A DNA stretch of 64,000 nt from the NCBI GenBank assembly GCA_029263215.1, contig JAJCXY010000126.1, forward strand, positions 15,114-79,113. Direction: 5' to 3'. The stretch's first letter is position 1; each line of letters opens with the position of its first letter. Positions 1 through 9,867 of this stretch are shown in pieces. Origin of the DNA: Acidimicrobiales bacterium (GTDB lineage Bacteria; Actinomycetota; Acidimicrobiia; Acidimicrobiales; Aldehydirespiratoraceae). The notes below the pieces were generated by a model, which did not search any database, was not told where the DNA came from, and saw nothing but the letters and a program-made list of their open reading frames with translations. A program made the position numbers and the translations under genes.

Positions 1-381
1 CATGTCGATCGCGCCGCCGACGACCCCGCCCTGCATGGCCACCAGCACCGGCATCCGTGCCTCCTCCAGAGCCGTGAACGAGCGCTGGAGATGCAATACG
101 TTGAGGCGAAGATTCGCCCTTTGCCGACCCACCTCACTGTCGTCGCCGGTGAGGGTGCCGCCGCCGAAGACGCTCAGGTCCATACCCGCGCAAAAGTGGC
201 GGCCGGTGGAGGAGATGACGATCACCCGAGCGCGGCCCTGATCCGACAACTGGTCGATGATCTCGGGGAGTTCCGACCAGAACTCGGGGATCATCGTGTT
301 GAGTTGATCGGGGCGAGAGAGTTGCAGATGGGCAACCCCATCGGCCTCTTCGAGTTCGAAACAGGTGTATCCCGTGTTCAC
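1..381 (-). CDS. Enoyl-CoA hydratase/isomerase (crotonase family), 3' end runs off the window
   Basis: Not in ORF track. Manual translation from GTG 381: MNTGYTCFELEEADGVAHLQLSRPDQLNTM...HFCAGMDL...MPVLVAMQGGVVGGAIDM (crotonase motifs). GTGA overlap with the upstream stop. Confidence 0.9.
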   Translation of the reverse strand, partial: MNTGYTCFELEEADGVAHLQLSRPDQLNTMIPEFWSELPEIIDQLSDQGRARVIVISSTGRHFCAGMDLSVFGGGTLTGDDSEVGRQRANLRLNVLHLQRSFTALEEARMPVLVAMQGGVVGGAIDM

Positions 382-1556
382 TCGTCACCTACTGCTGTGG
401 AGGCCGCGGCAGCATTCATGTCGGCCTGCTTGGCTTCGAAATCTTCCTCGCTCAGGTCGTAGTCGGTGAACTCCGCTCCTGTGTCGGGCATGTGTTCGAA
501 CTCGATCACACCTATCTCGGTGAACTTTTCTCGCAGCCAGCCCTCACCGGCATCGAGGAGGCCGAGCTTGCGACAGTTGGGCACGATCTTGGAGAACAGC
601 ATCCGCTGGAATACCTTCGATTCCTCGGGTGCGTCGAGCAGGCGCTTGCACATCTCGCGGGTATCGACTCCCATGTACTCCCAGACCTCCTGTTGGAGGA
701 AGCGGTCGCGCATGCGCAGTGCGGCCTCAAAGGTGAACTCCTGGCGATGCCTGATCTCCGCCAGGGTCATGTCCTGATAGACCTCCTGGAGGCTCAGAAC
801 CCCGAAGGCCACGTGACGGGCCTCGTCGCTCATCACGTAGCGCAGGAGCTTCTTGAGCAGGGGTTCCTCGGTGAAATCGTGCATGAAGCCGAAGGCGGCC
901 AACGCGAGGCCCTCAACCATGATCTGCATGCCCAGGTAGGTCATGTCCCATTCGGAATCATTGATGATGTCGTCGAGGAGCAGACCGAGATGGGGGTTGA
1001 TGGGATAGCCCCCACCGAGCTTCTCGTCGAGATAGCGAGCGAAGACCTCCACATGGCGGGCTTCGTCGACAACCTGGGTGGCGGCGTAGTATTTGGCGTC
1101 GATCCAGGGCACCGTCTCCACAATCTTGGCGGTGCAGAGCAGGGCACCCTGCTCGCCGTGCATGAACTGGCTGAGGCGCCACTTCGAGGACTGGAGTCCG
1201 AACTCCTCCCACTCCTTGTCGCCCCACTTGTAGAGCGGGGAGGTGGGGTCCTCCTGAAGGGAGGGGTCGCCGATCTGGAGTTCGGCCTGGAGATTGAGCG
1301 CCTGGTACGGGTCGACCTCGATCGACCAGTCGAGATCGGTGGTGGCGTTCCACTGGGAGGTCTTGGCCTTCTCGTAGAGCCTGTCGAGCCTTAGCCTCTC
1401 GCCCTTGTCGTAGTTCCACGTGAAGATGGCGTCGGCGTTGTCCTCGACCATGTGCACGATCTCGTCGGGGTTTGCGTTGGCCTTGGCGATCTCGATGATG
1501 GCGTCGACGTCGTTGGCGTCGTCGCGGCCGATGATCTCGCGGTCGGTGAGTGCCAT
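378..1556 (-). CDS. Ferritin-like diiron protein (AurF-like/diiron oxygenase superfamily)
   Basis: Diiron ligand pattern GEQGAL...DEARH...EGLA...DEARH. ATG 1556 overlaps the TetR stop (TGATG). Confidence 0.8.
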   Translation of the reverse strand: MALTDREIIGRDDANDVDAIIEIAKANANPDEIVHMVEDNADAIFTWNYDKGERLRLDRLYEKAKTSQWNATTDLDWSIEVDPYQALNLQAELQIGDPSLQEDPTSPLYKWGDKEWEEFGLQSSKWRLSQFMHGEQGALLCTAKIVETVPWIDAKYYAATQVVDEARHVEVFARYLDEKLGGGYPINPHLGLLLDDIINDSEWDMTYLGMQIMVEGLALAAFGFMHDFTEEPLLKKLLRYVMSDEARHVAFGVLSLQEVYQDMTLAEIRHRQEFTFEAALRMRDRFLQQEVWEYMGVDTREMCKRLLDAPEESKVFQRMLFSKIVPNCRKLGLLDAGEGWLREKFTEIGVIEFEHMPDTGAEFTDYDLSEEDFEAKQADMNAAAASTAVGDE

Positions 1557-2200
1557 CAGGTGTGGCCTTTCTTGGTGGGCGACCCGGCGACGGCGTCGCT
1601 CTGGGTTGGGGGTAGGGCAGATCGGATGATGCGCTTGATGACGGTGGTCCACTCATCAGCGGCGGGAAGTGGCTTGTCGATGTTGGCGAACACGACAAAA
1701 CCGAGTGAGATCGCGTGGCAGAGGGCGACAACCGCGTCGGTGGGGAGAGCAGGATCGATTACACCGGTTGCCTTGCCCTGATCCACCATTACCGCGAGAC
1801 GCTCTTCTTGTTCGGCAAAACGGATGTTGAGCATGGTCCGAAATTCAGGATCACGATGGGCGGCGCTCACGGCCTCCATCAGGAGAGCATCGGTGGCACC
1901 TTCGCGCACGAGCAGGTCGGCGCCGAGAGACTCGAGGATGTCGGCCACCGAGGCATCGCCATCGGCGGTGAGCAGCTGGGACAACTCCGCTGTCATCACC
2001 AGATCGAGGGCGTCGAGCAGCATCTCCTGCTTGCCGGCCCAGCGTGAGTAGATGGCGCCGGTGGTGACACCGGCGCGGCGGGCGATCGCCGCAACCCCCG
2101 CCTTGTCGAGGCCTCGCTCCGCGAAGATGTCGATGGCGGCGCCGAGCAGGCGTTTGGTGAGGAGATCGTGGTCGGACGTGGTGAGATCGACTAGCGTCAT
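1556..2200 (-). CDS. TetR/AcrR family transcriptional regulator
   Basis: N-terminal HTH: IARRAGVTTGAIYSRWAGKQEML. Confidence 0.92.
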   Translation of the reverse strand: MTLVDLTTSDHDLLTKRLLGAAIDIFAERGLDKAGVAAIARRAGVTTGAIYSRWAGKQEMLLDALDLVMTAELSQLLTADGDASVADILESLGADLLVREGATDALLMEAVSAAHRDPEFRTMLNIRFAEQEERLAVMVDQGKATGVIDPALPTDAVVALCHAISLGFVVFANIDKPLPAADEWTTVIKRIIRSALPPTQSDAVAGSPTKKGHT

Positions 2201-2237
2201 TTCGACTGATGATAACGATTATTATCGAAGGTCGAAA
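2200..2237. promoter_or_regulatory. AT-rich dyad operator overlapping the TetR promoter
   Basis: TTTCGAC-tgat-GATAA-cgatta-TTATC-gaag-GTCGAAA. It overlaps a minus-strand TATCAT -10 located 8 nt before the TetR ATG. Confidence 0.65.
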
Positions 2238-2266
2238 CCTCGCCGGTCGGCCTAGGATCCGAATCC

Positions 2267-2887
2267 ATGCCAGCCGCGGCCACGATGGCCACCTTCGCCG
2301 CCTTCGCCTTCGTGCTGGTGATCGTTCCCGGTCCGAGCGTCCTGTTCATCATCGGTCGCGGTGTGGCATTGGGGCCGAGAGCGGCACTCCAGACCGTCGT
2401 CGGCAACACCATCGGAGCGGTGGTGCTGGTATTGATCGTCTCGGCCGGTCTCGGCCCCCTACTCGACCGATCAGAGCTCCTGTTCGACCTGATTCGCTGG
2501 TTCGGTGCGGGCTACCTGATCTTCCTCGGAGTACAGGCCATCCGAAGAAGAGGCTCCCACCCAGCCGAGGACGACCCGCTCTCGATCCCCTCATCACGCA
2601 CCCACATCCGCGACGGTTTCGTCGTGGGGGTCACCAACCCCAAACTGGCCGTGTTTCTCGCCGCGGTGCTCCCCCAGTTCGTCGAAACTGATAGCGACAC
2701 AGCGCTACAGATCGCGGTGTTCGGCGCCATCTTCGCGATCGTCGCCCTCGTGTCCGACGGAGCGTGGGGCGTGGCTGCCGGATCGGCTCGCCATTGGCTG
2801 GGCCGATCACCGCGCCGACTCGAACGCCTCACCATGGGTGGCGGCCTCCTCATGATCGCGGTCGGCATCGCGGTAGCGGCGCACTAG
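2267..2887 (+). CDS. LysE/RhtB family translocator
   Basis: PGPS motif, GAGYLIFLG, GFVVGVTNPK; several TM helices. Confidence 0.92.
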   Translation: MPAAATMATFAAFAFVLVIVPGPSVLFIIGRGVALGPRAALQTVVGNTIGAVVLVLIVSAGLGPLLDRSELLFDLIRWFGAGYLIFLGVQAIRRRGSHPAEDDPLSIPSSRTHIRDGFVVGVTNPKLAVFLAAVLPQFVETDSDTALQIAVFGAIFAIVALVSDGAWGVAAGSARHWLGRSPRRLERLTMGGGLLMIAVGIAVAAH

Positions 2888-2905
2888 CACCCACCTCGGG
2901 GAGCG

Positions 2906-3880
2906 TCAGACCAGCGAGGAGAGCGAGACGTGAGGCCTTGCTCCGATGTGGGAGATGATCTCACCCGCCGCGATACTCCCCATCTCCGCACAGCGTTGGA
3001 GGCTCGCGCCGGTGGCGATGCCGTGCAGGAAGCCTGATGCGTAGAGGTCGCCGGCGCCAGTGGCATCTACCAGCTGCTCGACGACACTCGCCGGCACAAC
3101 GATCGTGTCGTCGGGGGTGACCACGACCGACCCCTTCGCCGACCGGGTGATAGCGGCCATCGGAACGAGATCGGTGATCTTGCGGGCCGCGGCATCGAAA
3201 TCATCGGTCTCGAAGAGTGATGTGATCTCCGACTCGTTGGCGAAGACCAGATCCACCTTGTCGCTGAACAGGTCGAGCCATTCACGGCGATGACGATCGA
3301 CACAGAACGAATCCGACAGGGTCATCGACACGGTGCGTCCCGCCTCGCTCGCCACATCCATTGCCCGACGAATGGCCGCCTTGGCGACGTCGGTGTCGTA
3401 GAGGTAGCCCTCGCAATAGGTGATCGCCGCCGAGGCGACCAGAGCTTCATCGATATCCTCGGGCGCGAGAACCGCGGAGATCCCCAGGAAGGTGTTCATC
3501 GTGCGCTCGGCATCGGGCGTGACCTGGATCAAGCAGCGAGCCGTGGGGTCGCCGGAAGGGGAAGGGGCAACGTCGAAGCCGACACCGGCGGCCCTGAGGT
3601 CGTGGGCAAACACCTCACCGAGCTGATCGGCTCGGACCTTGCCGATGTAGGCCGCCACACCACCGAGGCTGGCCACGCCCGCCATGGTGTTGGCCGCGGA
3701 ACCACCGGATGCCTCGATGCCGGGAGGCATGGAGTCGTAGAGCGAGGTGGCCCGATCGGAGTCGATCAGGGTCATCGCTCCCTTGGCGAGCGAATGCTCC
3801 GTGATGAACTCCTCATCGACGGTGGCGATTACGTCAACGATCGCATTGCCGACGCCGACTACGTCGAGGGTGGGGTCCAC
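2906..3880 (-). CDS. PfkB family carbohydrate/adenosine kinase
   Basis: GNAIVD, GGSAANT and DATGAGD PfkB signatures. Confidence 0.92.
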   Translation of the reverse strand: MDPTLDVVGVGNAIVDVIATVDEEFITEHSLAKGAMTLIDSDRATSLYDSMPPGIEASGGSAANTMAGVASLGGVAAYIGKVRADQLGEVFAHDLRAAGVGFDVAPSPSGDPTARCLIQVTPDAERTMNTFLGISAVLAPEDIDEALVASAAITYCEGYLYDTDVAKAAIRRAMDVASEAGRTVSMTLSDSFCVDRHRREWLDLFSDKVDLVFANESEITSLFETDDFDAAARKITDLVPMAAITRSAKGSVVVTPDDTIVVPASVVEQLVDATGAGDLYASGFLHGIATGASLQRCAEMGSIAAGEIISHIGARPHVSLSSLV

Positions 3881-3933
3881 AGTTGGCTCCGGGCAGGGAT
3901 CAAGAACCCGCTGACCTTACCCGGCCCGAAGGG

Positions 3934-4071
3934 TCAGGCCGCGACTTCGAGTCCGCGACCTTCGGCGATCGCTCGCGCGAACTCCTCATCGTCGATTTCG
4001 GACTGGGGTTCGGGCCACTCGGCCCAATCCTCAATGTCCCAGGTGATCGGTTCCTGCTGTTCACGCCGCAC
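3934..4071 (-). CDS. Putative 45-aa acidic, Trp-rich small protein
   Basis: Manual translation from GTG 4071: MRREQQEPITWDIEDWAEWPEPQSEIDDEEFARAIAEGRGLEVAA*. Fills an otherwise empty intergenic gap; purine-rich stretch upstream. Confidence 0.5.
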   Translation of the reverse strand: MRREQQEPITWDIEDWAEWPEPQSEIDDEEFARAIAEGRGLEVAA

Positions 4072-4188
4072 GAAAGACCCGCTTTCTCTTGATCCGCACA
4101 ACCAGTGAACCCCAGATCGGTATTACATGGGTGTCGTTCTTCTTACGGTCCCGTGTCGGTTGCAACGGTGGCTAGCCTCACAATCACG

Positions 4189-6756
4189 ATGAATTCGCCC
4201 GACCCGCGCCTCCCGCGCCATGTGGTGCCCCGACACTACGAACTCTTGCTCGAACCCGACCTCGGCTCCGCCAGCTTCGCCGGCGAGGTCGCCATAAGCG
4301 TCGATGTCGAGGTGCCCACGACCTCGATCGTCTGCAACGCCGCCGAACTCGACATCACCGATGTCGTCATCCGCTGCGGCGACAGTGAGTGGATCCCCAC
4401 CATCCAACTCGACCCCGACACCGAGCGCCTCACCCTCCTCACCGACACCGACGTGCCGGCCGGCGAGGCCGAGATCCGCGCCTCCTTCGGCGGCATCCTC
4501 AACGACCAGCTCAGAGGCTTCTACCGCTCGACCTACAGCGACGAAGACGGCGTCGAGCACACCATCGCCACCACCCAGTTCCAGTCCACCGACGCGCGGC
4601 GAGCATTCCCGTGCTGGGACGAACCGGAGTGGAAAGCCACCTTCTCAACCACCCTCGTGGTCGAAGCCGACGACCTCGCGATCACCAACACCGCCGAACT
4701 CGAATCGTCGGCGCTCGACGACGGGCGTCGCCGGGTGCGCTACGCCACGACCATGCCGATGTCCACATATCTGGTGGCCTTCGTAGTGGGCCCACTCGAG
4801 GCCACCGAAGCAGTGGACGGGGGCGGTGTGCCCGTGCGGGTCGTGCATCGGCCGGGCCAGGGGCACCTCACCACTTTCGCCCTCGATGTCGCCGTTCACG
4901 CACTCGAATGGTTTGCCGACTACTACGCGATCCCCTACCCCTCCGACAAGGTCGACCTGATCGCCATCCCCGACTTCGCCTTCGGGGCGATGGAGAACCT
5001 GGGCTGCGTCACCTTTCGAGAGGTCCTCCTCCTGATCGATCCAGAGAGTTCGAGCCAACCCGAACTCCAGCACGTCGCCGACGTGATCAACCACGAGCTT
5101 GCCCACATGTGGTTCGGCGACCTCGTCACGATGCGCTGGTGGGAAGGGATCTGGTTGAACGAGGCCTTCGCCACCTTCATGGAGGTGGCCTGCTCGCATG
5201 CTTACCGCCCTGATTGGCGGGTCTGGGACACTTTCGCGAGATCCCGCTCGGCGGCATTCGCTGTCGATGCTCTCGCGAGTACCCGGCCGATCGAATTCGC
5301 GGTCATCACGCCCGAGGATGCCGAGGGCATGTACGACCTGCTCACCTATGAGAAGGGCGCCGCCGTGGTACGCATGCTCGAGCAACATCTCGGAATCGAG
5401 ACGTTCCGAGAGGGTGTTCGCCAGTACCTCCGTCGCCACGCCTACGCAAACACCGAGACGAGCGATCTCTGGGATGTGCTCGAAGAAGTCAGCCATCAAC
5501 CGGTTCGAGAGATGATGACCGGCTGGATCTTCCAGGGCGGCCATCCCATCGTCACCACCGAGACCACCCCCCACGGCCTGAAAGTGAGCCAACACCACTT
5601 CACCCTCGACCCCGGGGCCGCCGACGATCGCCGGTGGGCAGTTCCCCTGCAGGTGGCGACACGAGGCTCTGAACACAACGTATTGCTGGGCACAGAATCG
5701 CTCACCCTCACCGGGGTCGTCGATCCGGTGATCACCGCCAACAGCAGCGGCTCGGGGTTCTTTCGCTCCCGGATCGACCCACTCCTCATCGATCGCATCA
5801 TCGCAACCGGGCTTTCTGCCCGGAGCCCGGCCGAACGCCACACCATCGCCGATGATGCCTGGGCGATCACCGTCGCCGGGAGGCTCTCCGCCTCCGACTA
5901 TCTCAGGCTCGCGACGGCGTTCACCGACGAGGACGACCTGAATGTCTGGCAGGCTCTCGGCTCCGGCTTGGCCGCGCTTGTGCGCCTCGTCGACGACGCC
6001 AACGCCCCCGTCCTGCGGCAGCGAATCGGCGAGGTCGTCAAACCCGCTCTCAGCCGCCTCGGCACCGATCCCCGACCAGGCGACGACGACCGCTCCGCCG
6101 AGCTCAGAGCCACCCTCATCCGCCTGATGGGCGTGGTGGTGGAGGACCAAGACACGATCCATGAGTCGCGCAACCGTCTCGACCACGACGATCCCACGAT
6201 TGCCTCCGCCTCGCTGAGCGTGGTGGCCCACAACGGCGACGACTCGGATTTCGATCTTGTTCGCGCCGCTTGGAAGGGCGCCGGTGATCCCCAGGCCGAG
6301 GTACGAAACCTCCGGGCCCTCGCCGACTTCCCCGCCATCGATCTGATCGACCGTCTCCTGTCCGACATCAGCAGTAGTGAAGTGCGCACCCAGGACGCCC
6401 CGTATGTGATCAGCCGGGCCCTGGCCAATCGCCATGCGGGAAGCCACGTCTGGCGTTACGTCGTCGCCAACTGGACTGATCTCACCGATCGGTTCCCCAG
6501 CAACTCGATTCCGCGGATGCTGTCTGGCGTGGTTTTCCTCGACGACCCCGACTCGGTGGCGAGCGTGGCCGGCTTCATCGCCGATCATCCCATCCCCCAA
6601 GCAGGCCTACAGGTCGACCAGCACCTCGAACGGCAACGGATCAACACCGCGATGAAGGCCCGCGAGATTCCTCGGTTCGGACCCTCGCTCACCTCGGGCC
6701 AACGGGCCAGCCCACGTGATTCCCTCATGGGCCCGAGTGGCCGGGCCGATAGCTGA
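4189..6756 (+). CDS. pepN: M1 family aminopeptidase (aminopeptidase N, ERAP1-like C-terminus)
   Basis: GAMEN and HELAH-x18-E zinc motifs. ATG 4189 follows a TAGCCT -10. Confidence 0.93.
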   Translation: MNSPDPRLPRHVVPRHYELLLEPDLGSASFAGEVAISVDVEVPTTSIVCNAAELDITDVVIRCGDSEWIPTIQLDPDTERLTLLTDTDVPAGEAEIRASFGGILNDQLRGFYRSTYSDEDGVEHTIATTQFQSTDARRAFPCWDEPEWKATFSTTLVVEADDLAITNTAELESSALDDGRRRVRYATTMPMSTYLVAFVVGPLEATEAVDGGGVPVRVVHRPGQGHLTTFALDVAVHALEWFADYYAIPYPSDKVDLIAIPDFAFGAMENLGCVTFREVLLLIDPESSSQPELQHVADVINHELAHMWFGDLVTMRWWEGIWLNEAFATFMEVACSHAYRPDWRVWDTFARSRSAAFAVDALASTRPIEFAVITPEDAEGMYDLLTYEKGAAVVRMLEQHLGIETFREGVRQYLRRHAYANTETSDLWDVLEEVSHQPVREMMTGWIFQGGHPIVTTETTPHGLKVSQHHFTLDPGAADDRRWAVPLQVATRGSEHNVLLGTESLTLTGVVDPVITANSSGSGFFRSRIDPLLIDRIIATGLSARSPAERHTIADDAWAITVAGRLSASDYLRLATAFTDEDDLNVWQALGSGLAALVRLVDDANAPVLRQRIGEVVKPALSRLGTDPRPGDDDRSAELRATLIRLMGVVVEDQDTIHESRNRLDHDDPTIASASLSVVAHNGDDSDFDLVRAAWKGAGDPQAEVRNLRALADFPAIDLIDRLLSDISSSEVRTQDAPYVISRALANRHAGSHVWRYVVANWTDLTDRFPSNSIPRMLSGVVFLDDPDSVASVAGFIADHPIPQAGLQVDQHLERQRINTAMKAREIPRFGPSLTSGQRASPRDSLMGPSGRADS

Positions 6757-6758
6757 TC

Positions 6759-7931
6759 GTGGCTCCGATTCTCCCCTTCACCAAGCGACCGACCGTGGAG
6801 ATTTTTGCGGTCGAGGACACGCGTGCCCAGATCACCTGGCGGCGCCTGCCCGCCGGCGAGTTGACCATCCGGGCCGACGACACCGAGCAGGTCCTCGGAG
6901 AGGGGGGTCGAGCCGGCGCGGCCGAAATCTCCTCGCTAGATCCGTCCACCACCAACTCGATTCCCCTACTGATCGACGGCCGCGAAATCAGCCGGCACAC
7001 CATCTCGACCCACGACTCACTCGGCGCCGAACCTCTCACCCGCATCGCGACGCTCAGCGATCTACATCTGGGTGAGGAGGGTTTCGGGCTGGTGAAGGAG
7101 ATGCGATACGGCGGCCCGGACCCCTACCCACTGCGCTGCGCCCAGGCTGCAGCTCGTGAGGCGGTGGCTTGGGGGGCGGAACTCCTGGTGATCAAGGGCG
7201 ACATCACCAATGAGGGTCACGACCGCGAGTGGGAGATGTTCGACGAACTACTCGCCGGCGTTCCCGTTCCCGTTCTGGCCATTCCCGGCAACCACGATGT
7301 GGTCGGCACTCCCCTATCCGCCGATGCCACCAGCGCGCTTCAAGCCCGGGGTCTCTTTCCCGAGCCCGTGCACAGCTTCGACATGGCCGGTGTTCGAATC
7401 GTGGCTGTCGACTCGACGATCCCGGGTCACAACTGGGGTCGGATCGGATGCTGGATCGACGAACTCTCCGCCGCTGTCGATGTCGACCGGCCGGTCCTCA
7501 TCTTCACCCACCATCACATCGAAGACCGAGTGCTGCCCCGCTTCTGGCCTCCCGGCATCCGTCGCCATGACGGCGCTCCCGTGCTCGACCAGCTCCTGGC
7601 CATCAACCCCGACATCGTGTTGTCCTCGGGCCACACCCACCGCAACCGGATACGTAGGCACGGCACCGCACTGATCACCGAAGTGTCGTCCACCAAGGAC
7701 TTCCCAGGGGTGTGGGCGGGCTACGCCATCCACGACACGGGCATCCGCCAGTCGGTGCGCCGTATCACCGAGCCCGAGTGCATCGGCTGGACCGATCACA
7801 CCCACGCCGCGGTGGCGGGCATTTGGGGTCTGTGGTCGCCGGGTCGACTCGACCAGCGCAGCCGCACCCACCACTGGAACGTGAAGCGAGATGCCCCTGC
7901 TGTCGGAGGATCGGGCCTACTGCACGCCTGA
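6759..7931 (+). CDS. Calcineurin-like metallophosphoesterase with N-terminal extension
   Basis: DLH, GDIT, GNHD, HH and GHTH motifs. Confidence 0.88.
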   Translation: MAPILPFTKRPTVEIFAVEDTRAQITWRRLPAGELTIRADDTEQVLGEGGRAGAAEISSLDPSTTNSIPLLIDGREISRHTISTHDSLGAEPLTRIATLSDLHLGEEGFGLVKEMRYGGPDPYPLRCAQAAAREAVAWGAELLVIKGDITNEGHDREWEMFDELLAGVPVPVLAIPGNHDVVGTPLSADATSALQARGLFPEPVHSFDMAGVRIVAVDSTIPGHNWGRIGCWIDELSAAVDVDRPVLIFTHHHIEDRVLPRFWPPGIRRHDGAPVLDQLLAINPDIVLSSGHTHRNRIRRHGTALITEVSSTKDFPGVWAGYAIHDTGIRQSVRRITEPECIGWTDHTHAAVAGIWGLWSPGRLDQRSRTHHWNVKRDAPAVGGSGLLHA

Positions 7932-7942
7932 TCGGCTGCGGT

Positions 7943-8893
7943 TCAGTCCTGCTCGCCCAACAGGCTGCGGGCATCGTCGATATCGGCCTTCAGCTGGTTG
8001 ACGAGCTGGTCGATGCCTTCGAACTTCCGCTCGCTACGCAGGAACGCAGCGAAACAGACGCGCACTTCCTGGCCGTAGAGATCGCCATCGAAATCGATGA
8101 GATGGGCCTCGAGCAGGGACTGCTCAGCATGCTCGTAGAAGGTGGGACGGCGTCCGATGTTGATGGCGCAAGGATGCCGCTCGCCGTCGGGCAGGGTGCA
8201 CCAGCCGGCGTAGACCGCGTCGGCCGGCCACGACATCACCTTCGAGACCGGGATGTTGGCGGTTGGGAAGCCGATTTCACGGCCTCTCCGATCGCCGTAC
8301 TGCACGACACCGCTCACCTCGTAGTACCGGCCGAGCATCTCCGCGGCCCTCGCCACATCGCCGCCGGCGAGGGCCCTACGGATCTTCGTGGACGAGACCG
8401 GCTCTCTCGCCTCGTCGTTGTGACGGATCAGCTCGAGTGCATGGACCTCGAAGCCGTAGTTCTCGCCCAGACGCGACAACCCCTCGACGTTGCCCGACCG
8501 GCCTGCACCGAAGTGGAAGTCTTCGCCGACGACGATGGCCTTGGCGTTGAGTGCTCCGACGAAAACCTCCTCGACAAAGGTCTCGGCCGGCGTGGTCGCC
8601 CTTTCCTCATCGAAATGAATCACGTAGGCGTAGTCGATTCCCGCCGCCTCGATGAGTTCGAGTTTCTGGTCGAGGGTGGTGAGCAGGCGGGGAGCGCTCT
8701 CGGGCCGAACCACATGGGCGGGGTGGCCGTCGAAGGTGACTACCGCCGATGCCACACCGAGCCGTTCGGCCACCGATCTGACGGTGCGGAAGACTTCCTG
8801 GTGACCAACGTGCACGCCATCGAATACGCCGATGGTGCACGCCACAGAGATGGTGGGCGCAAGACGGTCGCGCTGGTCGTGAAGGATTTCCAT
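7943..8893 (-). CDS. ribF: Bifunctional riboflavin kinase/FAD synthetase
   Basis: GVFDGVHVGH, SSTKIR, GREIGFPTAN; GGAG Shine-Dalgarno before ATG 8893. Confidence 0.96.
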   Translation of the reverse strand: MEILHDQRDRLAPTISVACTIGVFDGVHVGHQEVFRTVRSVAERLGVASAVVTFDGHPAHVVRPESAPRLLTTLDQKLELIEAAGIDYAYVIHFDEERATTPAETFVEEVFVGALNAKAIVVGEDFHFGAGRSGNVEGLSRLGENYGFEVHALELIRHNDEAREPVSSTKIRRALAGGDVARAAEMLGRYYEVSGVVQYGDRRGREIGFPTANIPVSKVMSWPADAVYAGWCTLPDGERHPCAINIGRRPTFYEHAEQSLLEAHLIDFDGDLYGQEVRVCFAAFLRSERKFEGIDQLVNQLKADIDDARSLLGEQD

Positions 8894-8982
8894 GGCAGCC
8901 AACTCCGAGAACGGTCAACGAGACGCTATCGGCGCCACAACACACCCCCGCAGCCCGCTTGATCTGACCGGACCAGGCCGGA

Positions 8983-9867
8983 TCAGGCCGAGATGACCAT
9001 AATGGGCTTGGCCCCGCCCTTGTGCGCCGCATACACGGCGAGGAGGCGATGATCGGCATCCACGACTGCCCATGGGCCGTCGCCGACTACCCCGAGAACC
9101 TCCGTGGGCAGTACCTTGCCATGGCCAACCGCCACCGCCACCTCGGTGTTCACCACCACGTTAGGCAGGTGTTGCACGGCCGCTCTCATCGGTAGCAACA
9201 CAGGGTCTTCGATCGTGCCGGCATCGTCGAGCGTGAATCCGCCCACAGCGGTGCGCCGCAAGGAGCGCAGATGAGCACCTCCGCCCAACGCGGCGCCGAC
9301 ATCAGCAGCCAGGGTGCGGACGTAGGTGCCCGACGAACAGTCGACCTCACAGCGCCAAACTCCCGGATCACCTGCCACCGGCTCGACGTCGAAACGGTGG
9401 ACGGTGACGGGGCGGGGCGGGCGATCGACCTCCTTGCCCTCGCGTGCCAGCTCATGGAGTCGCCTGCCGTTGATCTTCACTGCTGACACCATCGGAGGAA
9501 TCTGCATGATGGAGCCGGTGAGAGCCGCCGCTGCGGCACGCACATCGCCGTCGACCACAGCTTCCATGTCGTGGGTGGCGGTGATGTCGCCCGCCGCATC
9601 GAGGGTGGACGTCTCGACGCCGAGCACGATCTCCCCCACGTACGACTTGGGGAGTTCGGTGACAAACCGCAGCAAGCGAGTGGCCCGGCCGACGCCGAGT
9701 ACGAGCACGCCTGTGGCGTCGGGGTCGAGGGTTCCGGAGTGGCCGACCTTGCGCGTGCCGAGGATCCCCCGAGACTTGGCGACCACGTCATGACTCGTCC
9801 ACCCGGCCGGCTTGTCGATCACGACAACGCCATCGGGTCCGGAGTCAGGCTTCGGGCTCGTCGTCAT
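8983..9867 (-). CDS. truB: tRNA pseudouridine(55) synthase
   Basis: DKPAGWTSHDVV, GHSGTLDPDATGVL, CSSGTYVRTL. Confidence 0.96.
   Translation of the reverse strand: MTTSPKPDSGPDGVVVIDKPAGWTSHDVVAKSRGILGTRKVGHSGTLDPDATGVLVLGVGRATRLLRFVTELPKSYVGEIVLGVETSTLDAAGDITATHDMEAVVDGDVRAAAAALTGSIMQIPPMVSAVKINGRRLHELAREGKEVDRPPRPVTVHRFDVEPVAGDPGVWRCEVDCSSGTYVRTLAADVGAALGGGAHLRSLRRTAVGGFTLDDAGTIEDPVLLPMRAAVQHLPNVVVNTEVAVAVGHGKVLPTEVLGVVGDGPWAVVDADHRLLAVYAAHKGGAKPIMVISA

Noticed and set aside
2205-2232. dif-like 11-6-11 arrangement (ACCTTCGATAA-TAATCG-TTATCATCAGT on the minus strand), with xerC in the window
   Set aside because: The would-be XerD arm lacks the conserved TTATGT(T/C)AA, and the site overlaps a promoter -10, so an operator is the simpler explanation.
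4645-6600. Long antisense ORFs (e.g. 4645-6600, 27609-29507, 35401-36849, 61417-62997)
   Set aside because: Shadow frames of well-supported genes, as expected in high-GC DNA; no recognisable motifs.
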